This document shows positions 46,472-55,911 of a DNA stretch of 64,000 bases, piece by piece. The position numbers were made by a program, and so were the translations under genes. Under the pieces are notes generated by a model. It searched no databases, was not told where the DNA came from, and was given only the letters and a program-made list of their open reading frames with translations. Every line of letters begins with the position of its first letter. The stretch's first letter is position 1. Source of the stretch: an uncultured Bacteroides sp. (GTDB lineage: Bacteria > Bacteroidota > Bacteroidia > Bacteroidales > UBA11471); contig OZ007034.1 of assembly GCA_963931635.1 (NCBI GenBank), forward strand, positions 201,883-265,882, in the 5' to 3' direction.

Positions 46472-46485
46472 AAATAAATATTACT

Positions 46486-47109
46486 ATGAAACAGATAGGA
46501 ATTATACTCGGCTTGGTCATTTTCATCTCGACGCAAGCGTTATATGGCCAGTCAACAATTATGCGCGACGGGCAAGTCATCATTCTGCAAGAAGGGACAA
46601 AGACAGATAGATCCATAATCGGCCGTTATATCTACTGCAACAATGTCGACACAGCCTACGCCTTGATCGTGGGGCATTTCTATACGACCGAAGAAGTGGA
46701 GAGAGCCTTTGGAAAACCGCAGAAAATCAAAGATAACATTTCATACGAAAATGGCTTTGCCTTCGACGGTAATATATCTTATACCTATGACGATTTATAT
46801 CTATCGGTGGATTGCCAAAGCGGACTCTGTGAATTTAGGATTAGGAGAGAAAATACCTCATTTTATGAATATGGCCGAATCGTAAAAATCGGTGACAATA
46901 TAAGCGTATTGGCCGATGACCCCAATTTCCAACCCAGGGTGGTAGAGCAATCGGAGATATTCATCGATGAAAAAACGGGAAAGAGGAGTATCGACATCGC
47001 CATCAACTCCACCGGCGATGATGACTGGATATACTATACATTTGGTCAGGACATGTCGGGTGGCTTAAATTTAACAGTCAGTGAAATAAGTTATATGCAA
47101 ATAGATTGA
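46486..47109 (+). CDS. Secreted hypothetical protein, 208-aa family paralog 5 (signal type beta), directly downstream of the M23 peptidase
   Basis: It starts 14 nt after the M23 stop. The core is essentially identical to paralog 1, while the signal peptide and last ~25 aa differ. Confidence 0.75.
   Translation: MKQIGIILGLVIFISTQALYGQSTIMRDGQVIILQEGTKTDRSIIGRYIYCNNVDTAYALIVGHFYTTEEVERAFGKPQKIKDNISYENGFAFDGNISYTYDDLYLSVDCQSGLCEFRIRRENTSFYEYGRIVKIGDNISVLADDPNFQPRVVEQSEIFIDEKTGKRSIDIAINSTGDDDWIYYTFGQDMSGGLNLTVSEISYMQID
46568..46923 (+). repeat. Dispersed near-identical repeat, copy B (core of paralog 5)
   Basis: See copy A. The offset is 7080 nt. Confidence 0.9.
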
Positions 47110-47302
47110 TAGCCTGGAAATACCCACAGGATATCGATGTTAGCATCGAAGCATGAAATGGCTATTGCCATCTTGCTTTCTTGGCACTTGATCGGCGCAT
47201 GCGTCGTCAAGTGCCAAGATGTGCATAGAACATGTCGGACAAGCACAATACACATTTACCGACAGAAAAGACCCCAACATTGGAAATATTATCGGGCTTA
47301 AA

Positions 47303-48793
47303 ATGAAGAGAGGCACTATAATCATTCGCAGCGCAATCATCGCAGGGCTTGTGGCCATGCTGTTCGACCCAGGGACATTTCTGTATCCCATGATGTGGAG
47401 CCACGTCGTGGCAATCGTTGTTGCATTGTTCATATTCGGATTCGGCATATTTTCAAGAACCGGCCATGCGGTATCGGCTGCCATATTGCCGGTATGCTGC
47501 TGGGGCGCGTATGTGGCCATTTATTCACTTCTCGGCACAAGTGAAATGTATGTGGTTACCTTTTTACTGGCCTCCTGTCTGTTGTTTTACGGGACTTATC
47601 GTCTGTCGGTGTGTGACGTGATAACTGCAACGTTCTCCCGTCGGGTTGTCGTGTCGTGCGCGATCATCGAAGCTGTCGTGTGTATCGCGCAATGGGCGGG
47701 CATACTACCCGGCGCATCCTCACTGTTTGCGATAACAGGGACGTTTGAGAATCCGAATATTTCGGCTATGGTGATAGCTCTGGCTTGGCCATGTGCCATA
47801 GGCGAATCTTTACGTCATAAAGACAAAAGGGTGTTGTGGTGCATGGTCATCATACTCCTATTCATAAGCCTCTTGTTGTTGCGGTGTCGAACGGCTTATC
47901 TGTGTATGGGATTTTCTCTGTGGATTTTGAGACATTCTGTCCCGAGAATTTCGGAATTCATCGAAATCCATAAGAAAACCATGTATCCTATTGCTGTTGC
48001 CGTCGTTGCCATTGCCGGCTATTTTATGTATGAGATGAAAAAAAATTCGGCCGACGGTCGCCTGTTTATATGGAAAGTGTCGTCTCAAATGTTGATGGAG
48101 CGCCCGATGAGTGGTTATGGTTATGGCTTATTTGGAGCGACCTATAATCCCTACCAGATAGATTATACCGAAAAAAAACCTCTCTCGGAGACCGAAGCTC
48201 AAAACATCAGAATCGTAAATATGCCATATAACGAATTTGTGGAACAGAGTCTGAACGGAGGTATTGTAGGAGGCATTTTGTTTATGATGATTCCTATATA
48301 TGCCATCGTATCGGCTTATCGAAGAAAACAATGGATAGAGGTTGCCGTCTCGGGAAATATTCTTATCATGAGCCTGTTCAATTTTGTCGCCCAAGCTATT
48401 CCCTTATGGATTTTATACATGTTCTTGTTGGGCCAGCAGATGCGGCATGTCGATAGACCTCTACCCGTAAAATTTTCAAAATGCATAAACATTGCGGCTT
48501 TTGCCTGTTTCGTCTTTTGCATCGGGAGTATCTGTCCCAAAATCATAGCCCAATATCAGTTAAAGAACGCGATTGTATTGTATAAGGAATGTCCCCAGAA
48601 GGCTATGGAACTATTGGACAGATATAGGGTAATGGCCGGATCATCGGAATGTTATTTAAGATGTTACGGAAAAATGTTGCTCGATAACGGCCGTTACAAA
48701 GAGGCTTTGCCTATTTTGGAAGAAGCTGCCCGATATACTTATCACCCCGACTTGAACAAGGACATAATAAAAGCAAAATCGATATATTATTGA
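47303..48793 (+). CDS. O-antigen ligase (Wzy_C)-like polytopic membrane protein with C-terminal TPR
   Basis: It has at least 10 predicted TM helices. The periplasmic-loop motif is SADGRLFIWKVSSQMLMERPMSGYGYGLF. The TPR-like end is GKMLLDNGRYKEALPILEEAARY. An alternative ATG is at 47219. Confidence 0.65.
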   Translation: MKRGTIIIRSAIIAGLVAMLFDPGTFLYPMMWSHVVAIVVALFIFGFGIFSRTGHAVSAAILPVCCWGAYVAIYSLLGTSEMYVVTFLLASCLLFYGTYRLSVCDVITATFSRRVVVSCAIIEAVVCIAQWAGILPGASSLFAITGTFENPNISAMVIALAWPCAIGESLRHKDKRVLWCMVIILLFISLLLLRCRTAYLCMGFSLWILRHSVPRISEFIEIHKKTMYPIAVAVVAIAGYFMYEMKKNSADGRLFIWKVSSQMLMERPMSGYGYGLFGATYNPYQIDYTEKKPLSETEAQNIRIVNMPYNEFVEQSLNGGIVGGILFMMIPIYAIVSAYRRKQWIEVAVSGNILIMSLFNFVAQAIPLWILYMFLLGQQMRHVDRPLPVKFSKCINIAAFACFVFCIGSICPKIIAQYQLKNAIVLYKECPQKAMELLDRYRVMAGSSECYLRCYGKMLLDNGRYKEALPILEEAARYTYHPDLNKDIIKAKSIYY

Positions 48794-48796
48794 GTA

Positions 48797-50758
48797 ATGG
48801 AATATATACGAAAAATAAAAAAAAGAAGAACAGCATTATTACTTGTATTAACAGTTCAAGTAATATCGGTAGTCAATATACTTGCCAAAGATACCACTTA
48901 CACCCACGTAAGAGAAAAAATATTGGCCTATTATGCCGATGATTCCCTGAAAAGAAAAGCCGCAGAGTTTTTGATAAAAAACATGCCGGGGAAATATGGA
49001 TATGAAGATGAACTGATAAATCGTTATGACACACTGTTTGCTTTGTACGAAAGGTTGCAAGAAGAGGGAGAATTTGATCCCGACGCGGCTCTTGTAGAAC
49101 AATGTTGGTGGCATCTCGTCGATACATACGGACATTTGGACCCCTTATATTTAGGCCGCCGGTATGATACCGAAGTTGTGTCGGCAGAGTATCTGATTGA
49201 TGAAATAGAGACAGCATTTGAGGCATGGACAACATCGCCCGATTTCATATCACGGGATTTCGATCTCTTTTGCCGATATGTGCTGCCGTATCGCATAGGT
49301 AATGAACCTTTGGAGCCATACCGAAGACGACATTTTGAACAGTTCCGTAAAATACGAGATTCACTCATCATCAATGATGACCGGCTTATCAAAGAGCTTT
49401 ACCATGAGTTTGACCGGGTACGTAGGTATAAAAACAGCAAATTGATGTGGCGCTACCCCATATCCATGCCGAGAAGTAAAGTCGAGCAAGCACGGCGAGG
49501 TTCGTGCCGGCACATGAGTGAATATTATGTACTGACCTTACGTGCATGCGGAATTCCTGCAACGATAGATTTTGTCAATCATTGGGGGAATCGTAGTCAA
49601 GGCCATGAGTGGGTTGTCGTCTTAAAAGATAGTGGTGAGTTCCTACCTTTCGATGCCTTGGACAGGAAACGTTATCTTTTTACCTATAAGCCGGCCAAAA
49701 TATTCCGTCAGACATTCGAAATACAAAACATAGACCATGACGCAATCGAGTATGTGCCGGGATATTTATTGGCACCGGACCGCATGGATGTCTCACATTT
49801 ATATTTCCCTGCATTTGATATCGATGTTACAGGGTATGATGCCGTCACCGAAAAGTATGCTTCGTATCCCTACGGGGTAATATGTGTGTTTGACAACAAA
49901 GAGTGGCAGCCGATAGATTATGGAAAAGCCTGCGATGGAAGATTCTATTTCAAAAACATGATAGGCGACATCTGTTACATGGCCGGATATTATGATAATG
50001 AAATGTTTGTGCCGGCTACTCCCCCGTTTATACTCGACAAAGAAGGGAAAATTCGATATATCACTCCGGATGAAGAAGCCTATGTCGACATGCATTTGAC
50101 AAGGAAATACCCGAAATTTACCCGAATAACCTCTTTTTCAAAAGGTCTTTTAGATGCCTCGGTTGAAGTCTCGGACAGTTCCGATTTTTCTTCTTCACAG
50201 ACGTTAATGACAATCCTGAAAAGAGACGCACAAGATATTGTCGATTCGGCATTGAGCGTTGAGCGACCATACCGATATGTGAGATTAAAAGTGGGTGATA
50301 ATCAAGAAGGAAATTTAGCTGAAATCATTTTCTATGGACGCAAAAACGGGTCAGGAGAGGAACAGACTCTAAACGGAATCCCCTATGGTTTCCCTGACAA
50401 CGATAACGGAACCAGTTGGAGGGAAGCTGTTGATGGCGATTGTAGTACCTATTTAAAAAAATCCAGAAAAAAAGATGGTTATATCGCTCTTGATTTAGGA
50501 GAAAATACCCCCTACATATTAACCCGTGTACGTTACATACCGAGAAGCGATACAAACTTTATTATCCCGGGGAACCATTACCGTTTGGAGTATTGGGACG
50601 GGTTCATGTGGCAATATGTGGGAGAACAGACGGCAACAGACTATTATCTCGATTTTCAAAAAGTCCCGGCCGGAAGACTTTATATACTGCACAACCTTAG
50701 TGAGGGCATAGAAGAAAGAATATTTACATACGAAGAAGATAAACAGCAATGGTGGTGA
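48797..50758 (+). CDS. Transglutaminase-like (Cys-His-Asp core) protein with C-terminal discoidin/F5-8-type-C-like domain
   Basis: It has a signal/anchor sequence. The core is RRGSCRHMSEYYVLTLRACGIPATIDFV...GHEWVVV. The C-terminal ~150 aa (YVRLKV...NLAEIIFYGR) are galactose-binding-domain-like. Confidence 0.65.
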   Translation: MEYIRKIKKRRTALLLVLTVQVISVVNILAKDTTYTHVREKILAYYADDSLKRKAAEFLIKNMPGKYGYEDELINRYDTLFALYERLQEEGEFDPDAALVEQCWWHLVDTYGHLDPLYLGRRYDTEVVSAEYLIDEIETAFEAWTTSPDFISRDFDLFCRYVLPYRIGNEPLEPYRRRHFEQFRKIRDSLIINDDRLIKELYHEFDRVRRYKNSKLMWRYPISMPRSKVEQARRGSCRHMSEYYVLTLRACGIPATIDFVNHWGNRSQGHEWVVVLKDSGEFLPFDALDRKRYLFTYKPAKIFRQTFEIQNIDHDAIEYVPGYLLAPDRMDVSHLYFPAFDIDVTGYDAVTEKYASYPYGVICVFDNKEWQPIDYGKACDGRFYFKNMIGDICYMAGYYDNEMFVPATPPFILDKEGKIRYITPDEEAYVDMHLTRKYPKFTRITSFSKGLLDASVEVSDSSDFSSSQTLMTILKRDAQDIVDSALSVERPYRYVRLKVGDNQEGNLAEIIFYGRKNGSGEEQTLNGIPYGFPDNDNGTSWREAVDGDCSTYLKKSRKKDGYIALDLGENTPYILTRVRYIPRSDTNFIIPGNHYRLEYWDGFMWQYVGEQTATDYYLDFQKVPAGRLYILHNLSEGIEERIFTYEEDKQQWW

Positions 50759-51228
50759 AATATCCGCCCTTTATGGTGCAAAATATTAAAATTATCATCT
50801 AACTCTTTGCAACAATCCAAAGTCGGCACTTGTCTTCACTATCTAACTTACGGAGACGCGAATACAGACAGCAACGCTACAAAAAAATCTCAAACAAGTT
50901 TTGCCTTTTTGCGTCCGCCTTTCGCTATATTTGCACTACCGCGCGAATATAGGAGGTGGCTCGGCACAGTCAATTTGAAAAATGTGTTTTCACTTGCCTC
51001 TGCTCTCACCATTCTCTATCTTTGTACGGATATACAAAAATAAGAGACAAATCGACCCCATCTGAAAACAAAAACTTCATTCCCGGCTATTGTCTCTGCT
51101 CTTGTCTTTATGTATATTTGCACTGTCGTGCGAATACATGATGCGTCTCGACAGAACTTTCAAACAAATTTGATGTTCTGTTCTCGCTTCTCTCTATATT
51201 TTTCAGACTGAAATATTCGGCACAAACT

Positions 51229-52509
51229 ATGGTTGCAACCGCAGAAATACTACAAACAAAACAGCGCTTCGGCATCATCGGCAACTGCACGGGGCTGCTG
51301 CGCGCCGTGAGCCGCGCCCTGCAAATTGCCCCTACCGACCTGTCGGTGCTCATTACCGGAGAAAGCGGTACGGGTAAGGAACACTTTCCACAGATAATAC
51401 ACGCCAACAGTGCCCGCAAACACGGTCGCTACATTGCCGTGAACTGCGGTGCCATACCCGAAGGTACGGTCGACTCGGAACTCTTCGGCCACGAAAAAGG
51501 GTCGTTTACCGGTGCCCTGGCCGACCGCAAAGGCTATTTTGAGGAGGCCGACGGGGGCACCATCTTCCTCGATGAGGTGGGCGAACTACCCATGACCACG
51601 CAAGCCCGCCTGCTGCGCGTACTCGAAAACGGAGAGTTTATAAAAGTGGGTTCGTCGAAAGTGCAGAAAACCAACGTGCGCATTATCGCCGCCACCAACG
51701 TCAATATGCGGGAAGCCATCGCCGAAGGGCGTTTCAGAGAAGACCTCTTCTACCGGCTCAGCACGGTGCCCATCGAGTTGCCGCCACTGCGCGACCGCGG
51801 CGACGACGTCTTGCTGTTGTTCCGCAAATTTGCCTCCGACTTTGCCGAAAAATACCACATGCCCCCTGTACAGCTTACCGAGGAGGCCCAACGGGCTATG
51901 CTCACCTACCGCTGGCCGGGCAACATCAGACAACTGAAAAACGTTACTGAACAACTCTCTATCTTTGAGACAGAACGCGAAGTAACGGCCGATACCCTCC
52001 ATACCTACTTGCCGGCCTTCGACATGGAAAGGCTTCCTTCCCTCAACCGCCAAGGCGACGGGAAAACATTCTCTTTGGGGAATGAACGGGAATTGCTCTA
52101 TCTCGTCTTTGAAATGAAAAAAGAAATCGATGAGTTGAGAGCCACCATTGCCGCCATGGAAAACGGCAACAACCGTCCACAAGGGGCTCACCCCACGCAG
52201 GTAACCGCCCCGGTAATCTATACCAAACCCGATGCCCTGGCCACCGTAGCCCACCCTGTACAACCGGTGTTGGGGCACAGCATTCCGCACCACATCGACA
52301 AAGAAGAGGGTGAGGTTGTGCACGAAGAGGCTGAATATGTTCCCGACGAAGTCGTACAAACCATACCCTCGCTCGAAGATGCCGAGAAGGAAATGATACG
52401 TAAATCGCTGGAACGAAATAACGGAAAGCGCAAAAAAACGGCCGAAGAGTTGGGCATTTCAGAACGTACGCTCTATCGAAAAATCAAAGAATACAATCTC
52501 AGCGACTGA
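51229..52509 (+). CDS. Sigma-54-dependent Fis-family transcriptional activator (no receiver domain)
   Basis: The AAA+ Walker A is GESGTGKE, the GAFTGA-loop variant is GSFTGA, and Walker B is IFLDEVGEL. The C-terminal HTH is RKKTAEELGISERTLYRKIKEY. Confidence 0.85.
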   Translation: MVATAEILQTKQRFGIIGNCTGLLRAVSRALQIAPTDLSVLITGESGTGKEHFPQIIHANSARKHGRYIAVNCGAIPEGTVDSELFGHEKGSFTGALADRKGYFEEADGGTIFLDEVGELPMTTQARLLRVLENGEFIKVGSSKVQKTNVRIIAATNVNMREAIAEGRFREDLFYRLSTVPIELPPLRDRGDDVLLLFRKFASDFAEKYHMPPVQLTEEAQRAMLTYRWPGNIRQLKNVTEQLSIFETEREVTADTLHTYLPAFDMERLPSLNRQGDGKTFSLGNERELLYLVFEMKKEIDELRATIAAMENGNNRPQGAHPTQVTAPVIYTKPDALATVAHPVQPVLGHSIPHHIDKEEGEVVHEEAEYVPDEVVQTIPSLEDAEKEMIRKSLERNNGKRKKTAEELGISERTLYRKIKEYNLSD

Positions 52510-52515
52510 TCTCTT

Positions 52516-53022
52516 ATGACAAAACACTTTCTCTCCATATTGCTCGTGGCCGTGTGTGTAACGGCATGCACCATTTCATATAAATTCAATGGCGCATCAA
52601 TCGACTACAACACCACCAAGACGATTACCATCAACGACTTCCCGATACGGGCTGCTCTGGTATATCCTCCGCTGGCCACCACATTCAACGAAACACTGAA
52701 AGACGCCTACACCCGACAGACGCGGCTGAGCCTCGTCAACAGTGGTGGAGACCTCACCCTCGAAGGCGAGATAACCGGATACAACCTCACGCCACAGGCC
52801 GTTACCGAAGATGCCTATGCCTCGCAGACACGCCTCACCGTGACGGTACGTGTGCGGTATGTCGACAGCAAAAATCCGGCTAACGACCTCGACCGTACAT
52901 TCAGTGCCTACCGCGACTTCCCAAGCAGCAGCATGCTCACCGACGTGCAGGACGAACTGATAACCCAAATTTCACAAGAACTGGCCGATCTCATTTTCAA
53001 TGCGACGGTAGGAAACTGGTAA
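52516..53022 (+). CDS. lptE: LptE-family-like lipoprotein
   Basis: The lipobox is VAVCVTAC. The size and the conserved Bacteroidetes context (sigma-54 activator, this gene, then secG) fit. Confidence 0.55.
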   Translation: MTKHFLSILLVAVCVTACTISYKFNGASIDYNTTKTITINDFPIRAALVYPPLATTFNETLKDAYTRQTRLSLVNSGGDLTLEGEITGYNLTPQAVTEDAYASQTRLTVTVRVRYVDSKNPANDLDRTFSAYRDFPSSSMLTDVQDELITQISQELADLIFNATVGNW

Positions 53023-53026
53023 TTCC

Positions 53027-53788
53027 ATGACCGAAGGAGAACTCTTACGCCAAGACTTCGACCGGGAGGTACCCTCCCTCGCCATCGACGAGCTGCTCCG
53101 CTTGCAGCTCGACTATCCCTATTTCCAGGCTCCGCGTTTCCTCTATCTGAAAAAACTGCAACACCTCTTTCCCGAGAGGTATGCAGGCGCACTGCACGAG
53201 AACATCATCTACGCCGGCGACCGCAAGTCGCTGTTCTACCGTCTCGAAGGGGCCAACCAGATATGGAGCCGGCTATACCCCGAAAGCGAAAAGGCTCAGG
53301 AAGAGACAACCGATGCCTTCGCCCTCATCGACTCTTACCTCGAATCACACGCGACCGAACTTTCGACCAAAGAGCCTCTCGACGGACAGATGCCGGCCGA
53401 GGTTACGGCCTACCGCCTCGAAGAGTTGATTCAGACCGACCCGACACCGGCCGAGAAGAGTTCTGTGCCCGCAGCAGCCGGTACCGACTCATCGTTTGAC
53501 CTCATCGACGCTTTCCTCGAAAAATCGCCCGAGGAGAAAGCCCTCGCACCGGTTACCTCCACAGCCGACACCCCGCTGCCCCAGTCTGCCCCTGAGACCG
53601 AAGAAGAACCGGCCGAAGAGGAGTTCCTGACCGAGAGTCTGGCCAAAATCTACATCAAACAGCGGCGCTATGCCAAAGCCTTGGAAATTATTCGGAAATT
53701 AAGTTTGAAATATCCAGAAAAAAATATTTACTTTGCAGACCAAATTCGATTCCTCGAAAAATTGATTATTAACATAAAAACAGAATAA
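53027..53788 (+). CDS. Conserved hypothetical protein (acidic middle, TPR-like C-terminus)
   Basis: The ORF is tightly packed between the lptE-like gene and secG. The end is LAKIYIKQRRYAKALEIIRKLSLKYPEK. Confidence 0.6.
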   Translation: MTEGELLRQDFDREVPSLAIDELLRLQLDYPYFQAPRFLYLKKLQHLFPERYAGALHENIIYAGDRKSLFYRLEGANQIWSRLYPESEKAQEETTDAFALIDSYLESHATELSTKEPLDGQMPAEVTAYRLEELIQTDPTPAEKSSVPAAAGTDSSFDLIDAFLEKSPEEKALAPVTSTADTPLPQSAPETEEEPAEEEFLTESLAKIYIKQRRYAKALEIIRKLSLKYPEKNIYFADQIRFLEKLIINIKTE

Positions 53789-53790
53789 CC

Positions 53791-54138
53791 ATGTACGTGT
53801 TCATCACCGTTTTGATTCTTATTGCAGCTGTGTGCCTCATACTCATCGTTTTGGTACAAAATTCCAAAGGTGGAGGATTGGCATCGAGTTTTGCTTCGTC
53901 GAACCAGATTATGGGAGCGCCCAAGACAGCCGACTTCCTTGAAAAAGCCACTTGGACGCTGGCCGGTATCGTTATCGTACTGAGCATCGTGGCCGCCGCA
54001 TTCCTGCCCAACCGCAACGCCGGTGCCACCTCGGAAATCAAAGATGCCATCAATACCGAAATCCCGATGCCCAACTTTGAGACCCAAGTGCCCGTAACAC
54101 CCGAGGCTCCCGCAGCCGGCGAAGACGCAGCCCAATAA
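53791..54138 (+). CDS. secG: Preprotein translocase subunit SecG
   Basis: The product MYVFITVLILIAAVCLILIVLVQNSKGGGLASSF...TWTLAGIVIVLSIV has two TM helices and the SecG signature. Confidence 0.85.
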   Translation: MYVFITVLILIAAVCLILIVLVQNSKGGGLASSFASSNQIMGAPKTADFLEKATWTLAGIVIVLSIVAAAFLPNRNAGATSEIKDAINTEIPMPNFETQVPVTPEAPAAGEDAAQ

Positions 54139-54164
54139 AATCGCTACGACTCCATACCCCATAC

Positions 54165-54206
54165 GAAACGGGGCTGCCTTTGTGGGCAGCCCCGTTTCTG
54201 CTTTTT
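54165..54206 (+). terminator. Rho-independent terminator after secG
   Basis: A 14-bp stem GAAACGGGGCTGCC / GGCAGCCCCGTTTC is followed by TGCTTTTT. Confidence 0.7.
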
Positions 54207-54239
54207 AAGCCCCCCATAAACCCTTTAACTCTTAAAGCC

Positions 54240-55580
54240 ATGAAATCCCTCCTCATCGCCTTCATCGGACTATTTGCCATAGGTGCGAGCTACGCCGTAC
54301 CCAAAGGCTTACCCCAAAGCGAAAAACAACGGCTCATCGTAACCACCGACCTCGGAGGCACCGACCCCGACGATACCCAATCGATGATACACCTGCTGGT
54401 GTGCTCCAACATGATGGACATAGAGGGGCTCATCAGCTCACAGGTATGGATGGACGACCCCGACAAGACCGGCAAGATAAAAGCCGTCGTCGAACAGTTT
54501 GGAGAGGTTCTGCCCCGCCTCCGGAAACACGCCGGCGGATACCCCGACCTCGACTACCTGCGCTCCATCACCCTGCGGGGACAGGAAAAATCGAATATGA
54601 GCGGTGTGGGTGAAGGCAAAGACTCTCCCGGTTCGGAACTCATCATCGCTGCCGTCGACAACCCCAAAGACCGCCGTCCGGTGTGGATCGCCGCCTGGGG
54701 AGGCATGAACACGCTGGCTCAGGCCCTCTGGAAGGTAAGCCGCACCCGCACCCCCGAAGAGGTGGAGGCATTTGTAAGCAAAATACGCATCTACGACATA
54801 CTGGGACAGGACGATGCCGGCGCCTGGATTGCCAAGAATTTTCCGGACATCGTATACATACGCAACACACAGATATACGGATGGGGTCCGTCGGACGAAT
54901 GGACAAAGAACAACATACAGAACTGCCTCCCGCTGGGTAAGCATTACCCCGACCGGGTATGGGCTACCGAAGGCGACTCTCCCTCGTTTTTCTATGTCTA
55001 TGCCAACGGCCTGAACGTGCCCGAACATATCGACTACGGCGGCTGGGGCGGACGCTTCTCGCTGACCAAAACCAGTGGAATACGCGGCATGGACTTCATC
55101 GTGCGCAACGGAAAAGACGAGACACAATACGACCCCTATTACATGCACCCGAGCGCACCGGAAGGCATACAGGCCATCAACCGATGGCGCCAGCACATCT
55201 GGAACGATTTTGCCGCCCGCATGGCGTGGACAACCACCGATGATTATGCCGAAGCCAACCACCACCCCGTAGCCGTGATACAGCGCGACCGCTCGCTCCG
55301 GTGCATCTACCGCACAGCCCGGCCCGGAGAGGAGTTACGCTTCGACGCATCGAAGTCGCACGACCCCGACGGCGACCGGCTCGGCTATCGGTGGTCGGTC
55401 TACAAGGAGCCGAGTTCATACAAGAACACGGTACCTCTCTCCGGCGACACAACCGCCCGCTGCCAGTTGACGATACCCGACGATGCCGCCGGAAAAACCA
55501 TACACCTCATTCTCGAAGTAACCGACGATGGCACCCCCTCACTGACAGCCTACCGGCGAGTCGTCATCGAGGTCGAATGA
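54240..55580 (+). CDS. DUF1593-family (nucleoside-hydrolase-like fold) secreted protein with C-terminal Ig-like domain
   Basis: It has a signal peptide. RLIVTTDLGGTDPDDTQSMIHLLVCSNMMDIEGLISS is the DUF1593 N-terminal signature as I recall it. The ATG at 54240 lies after the secG terminator. Confidence 0.65.
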   Translation: MKSLLIAFIGLFAIGASYAVPKGLPQSEKQRLIVTTDLGGTDPDDTQSMIHLLVCSNMMDIEGLISSQVWMDDPDKTGKIKAVVEQFGEVLPRLRKHAGGYPDLDYLRSITLRGQEKSNMSGVGEGKDSPGSELIIAAVDNPKDRRPVWIAAWGGMNTLAQALWKVSRTRTPEEVEAFVSKIRIYDILGQDDAGAWIAKNFPDIVYIRNTQIYGWGPSDEWTKNNIQNCLPLGKHYPDRVWATEGDSPSFFYVYANGLNVPEHIDYGGWGGRFSLTKTSGIRGMDFIVRNGKDETQYDPYYMHPSAPEGIQAINRWRQHIWNDFAARMAWTTTDDYAEANHHPVAVIQRDRSLRCIYRTARPGEELRFDASKSHDPDGDRLGYRWSVYKEPSSYKNTVPLSGDTTARCQLTIPDDAAGKTIHLILEVTDDGTPSLTAYRRVVIEVE

Positions 55581-55633
55581 CGGCAGGACAAGCCACAGAC
55601 AGGACACACCGCGGCCCACAATACCCCAAAAGA

Positions 55634-55661
55634 AAGGAGCCTGATTCCCATCAGGCTCCTT
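55634..55661 (+). terminator. Hairpin after the DUF1593 gene (weak T tract)
   Basis: An 11-bp stem AAGGAGCCTGA / TCAGGCTCCTT has a 6-nt loop. Confidence 0.4.
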
Positions 55662-55911
55662 CTTACACACTACATTATTATTAAACCCAAATCCTATTAT
55701 AATATCAAGTATGGCTTTGCTTGTCTTGATACCACAAAGATAGAGGAGAACCGTTCCACGGACAATACCCACATTTGGTGATTTACTACGGCCGGCTCCC
55801 TACTATTATGTAGAAAGGATACAAAACAGACTTTTGACAGCATAGGTAGCCAACAAAAAACTTTTTTCAAAAAAAATCTGGAATTCTCTTGCTTTTATCT
55901 TTTACACTCAC

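Noticed and set aside
50826-50845. Sigma-54 promoter (GGCAC-N5-TTGC) upstream of the sigma-54 activator gene. Examples are TCGGCACTTGTCTTCA near 50826 and CGGCACAAACTATGGTTGCA at 51211-51230.
   Set aside because: The first lacks the essential GC of the -12 element. The second has the wrong GG-to-GC spacing and overlaps the start codon.
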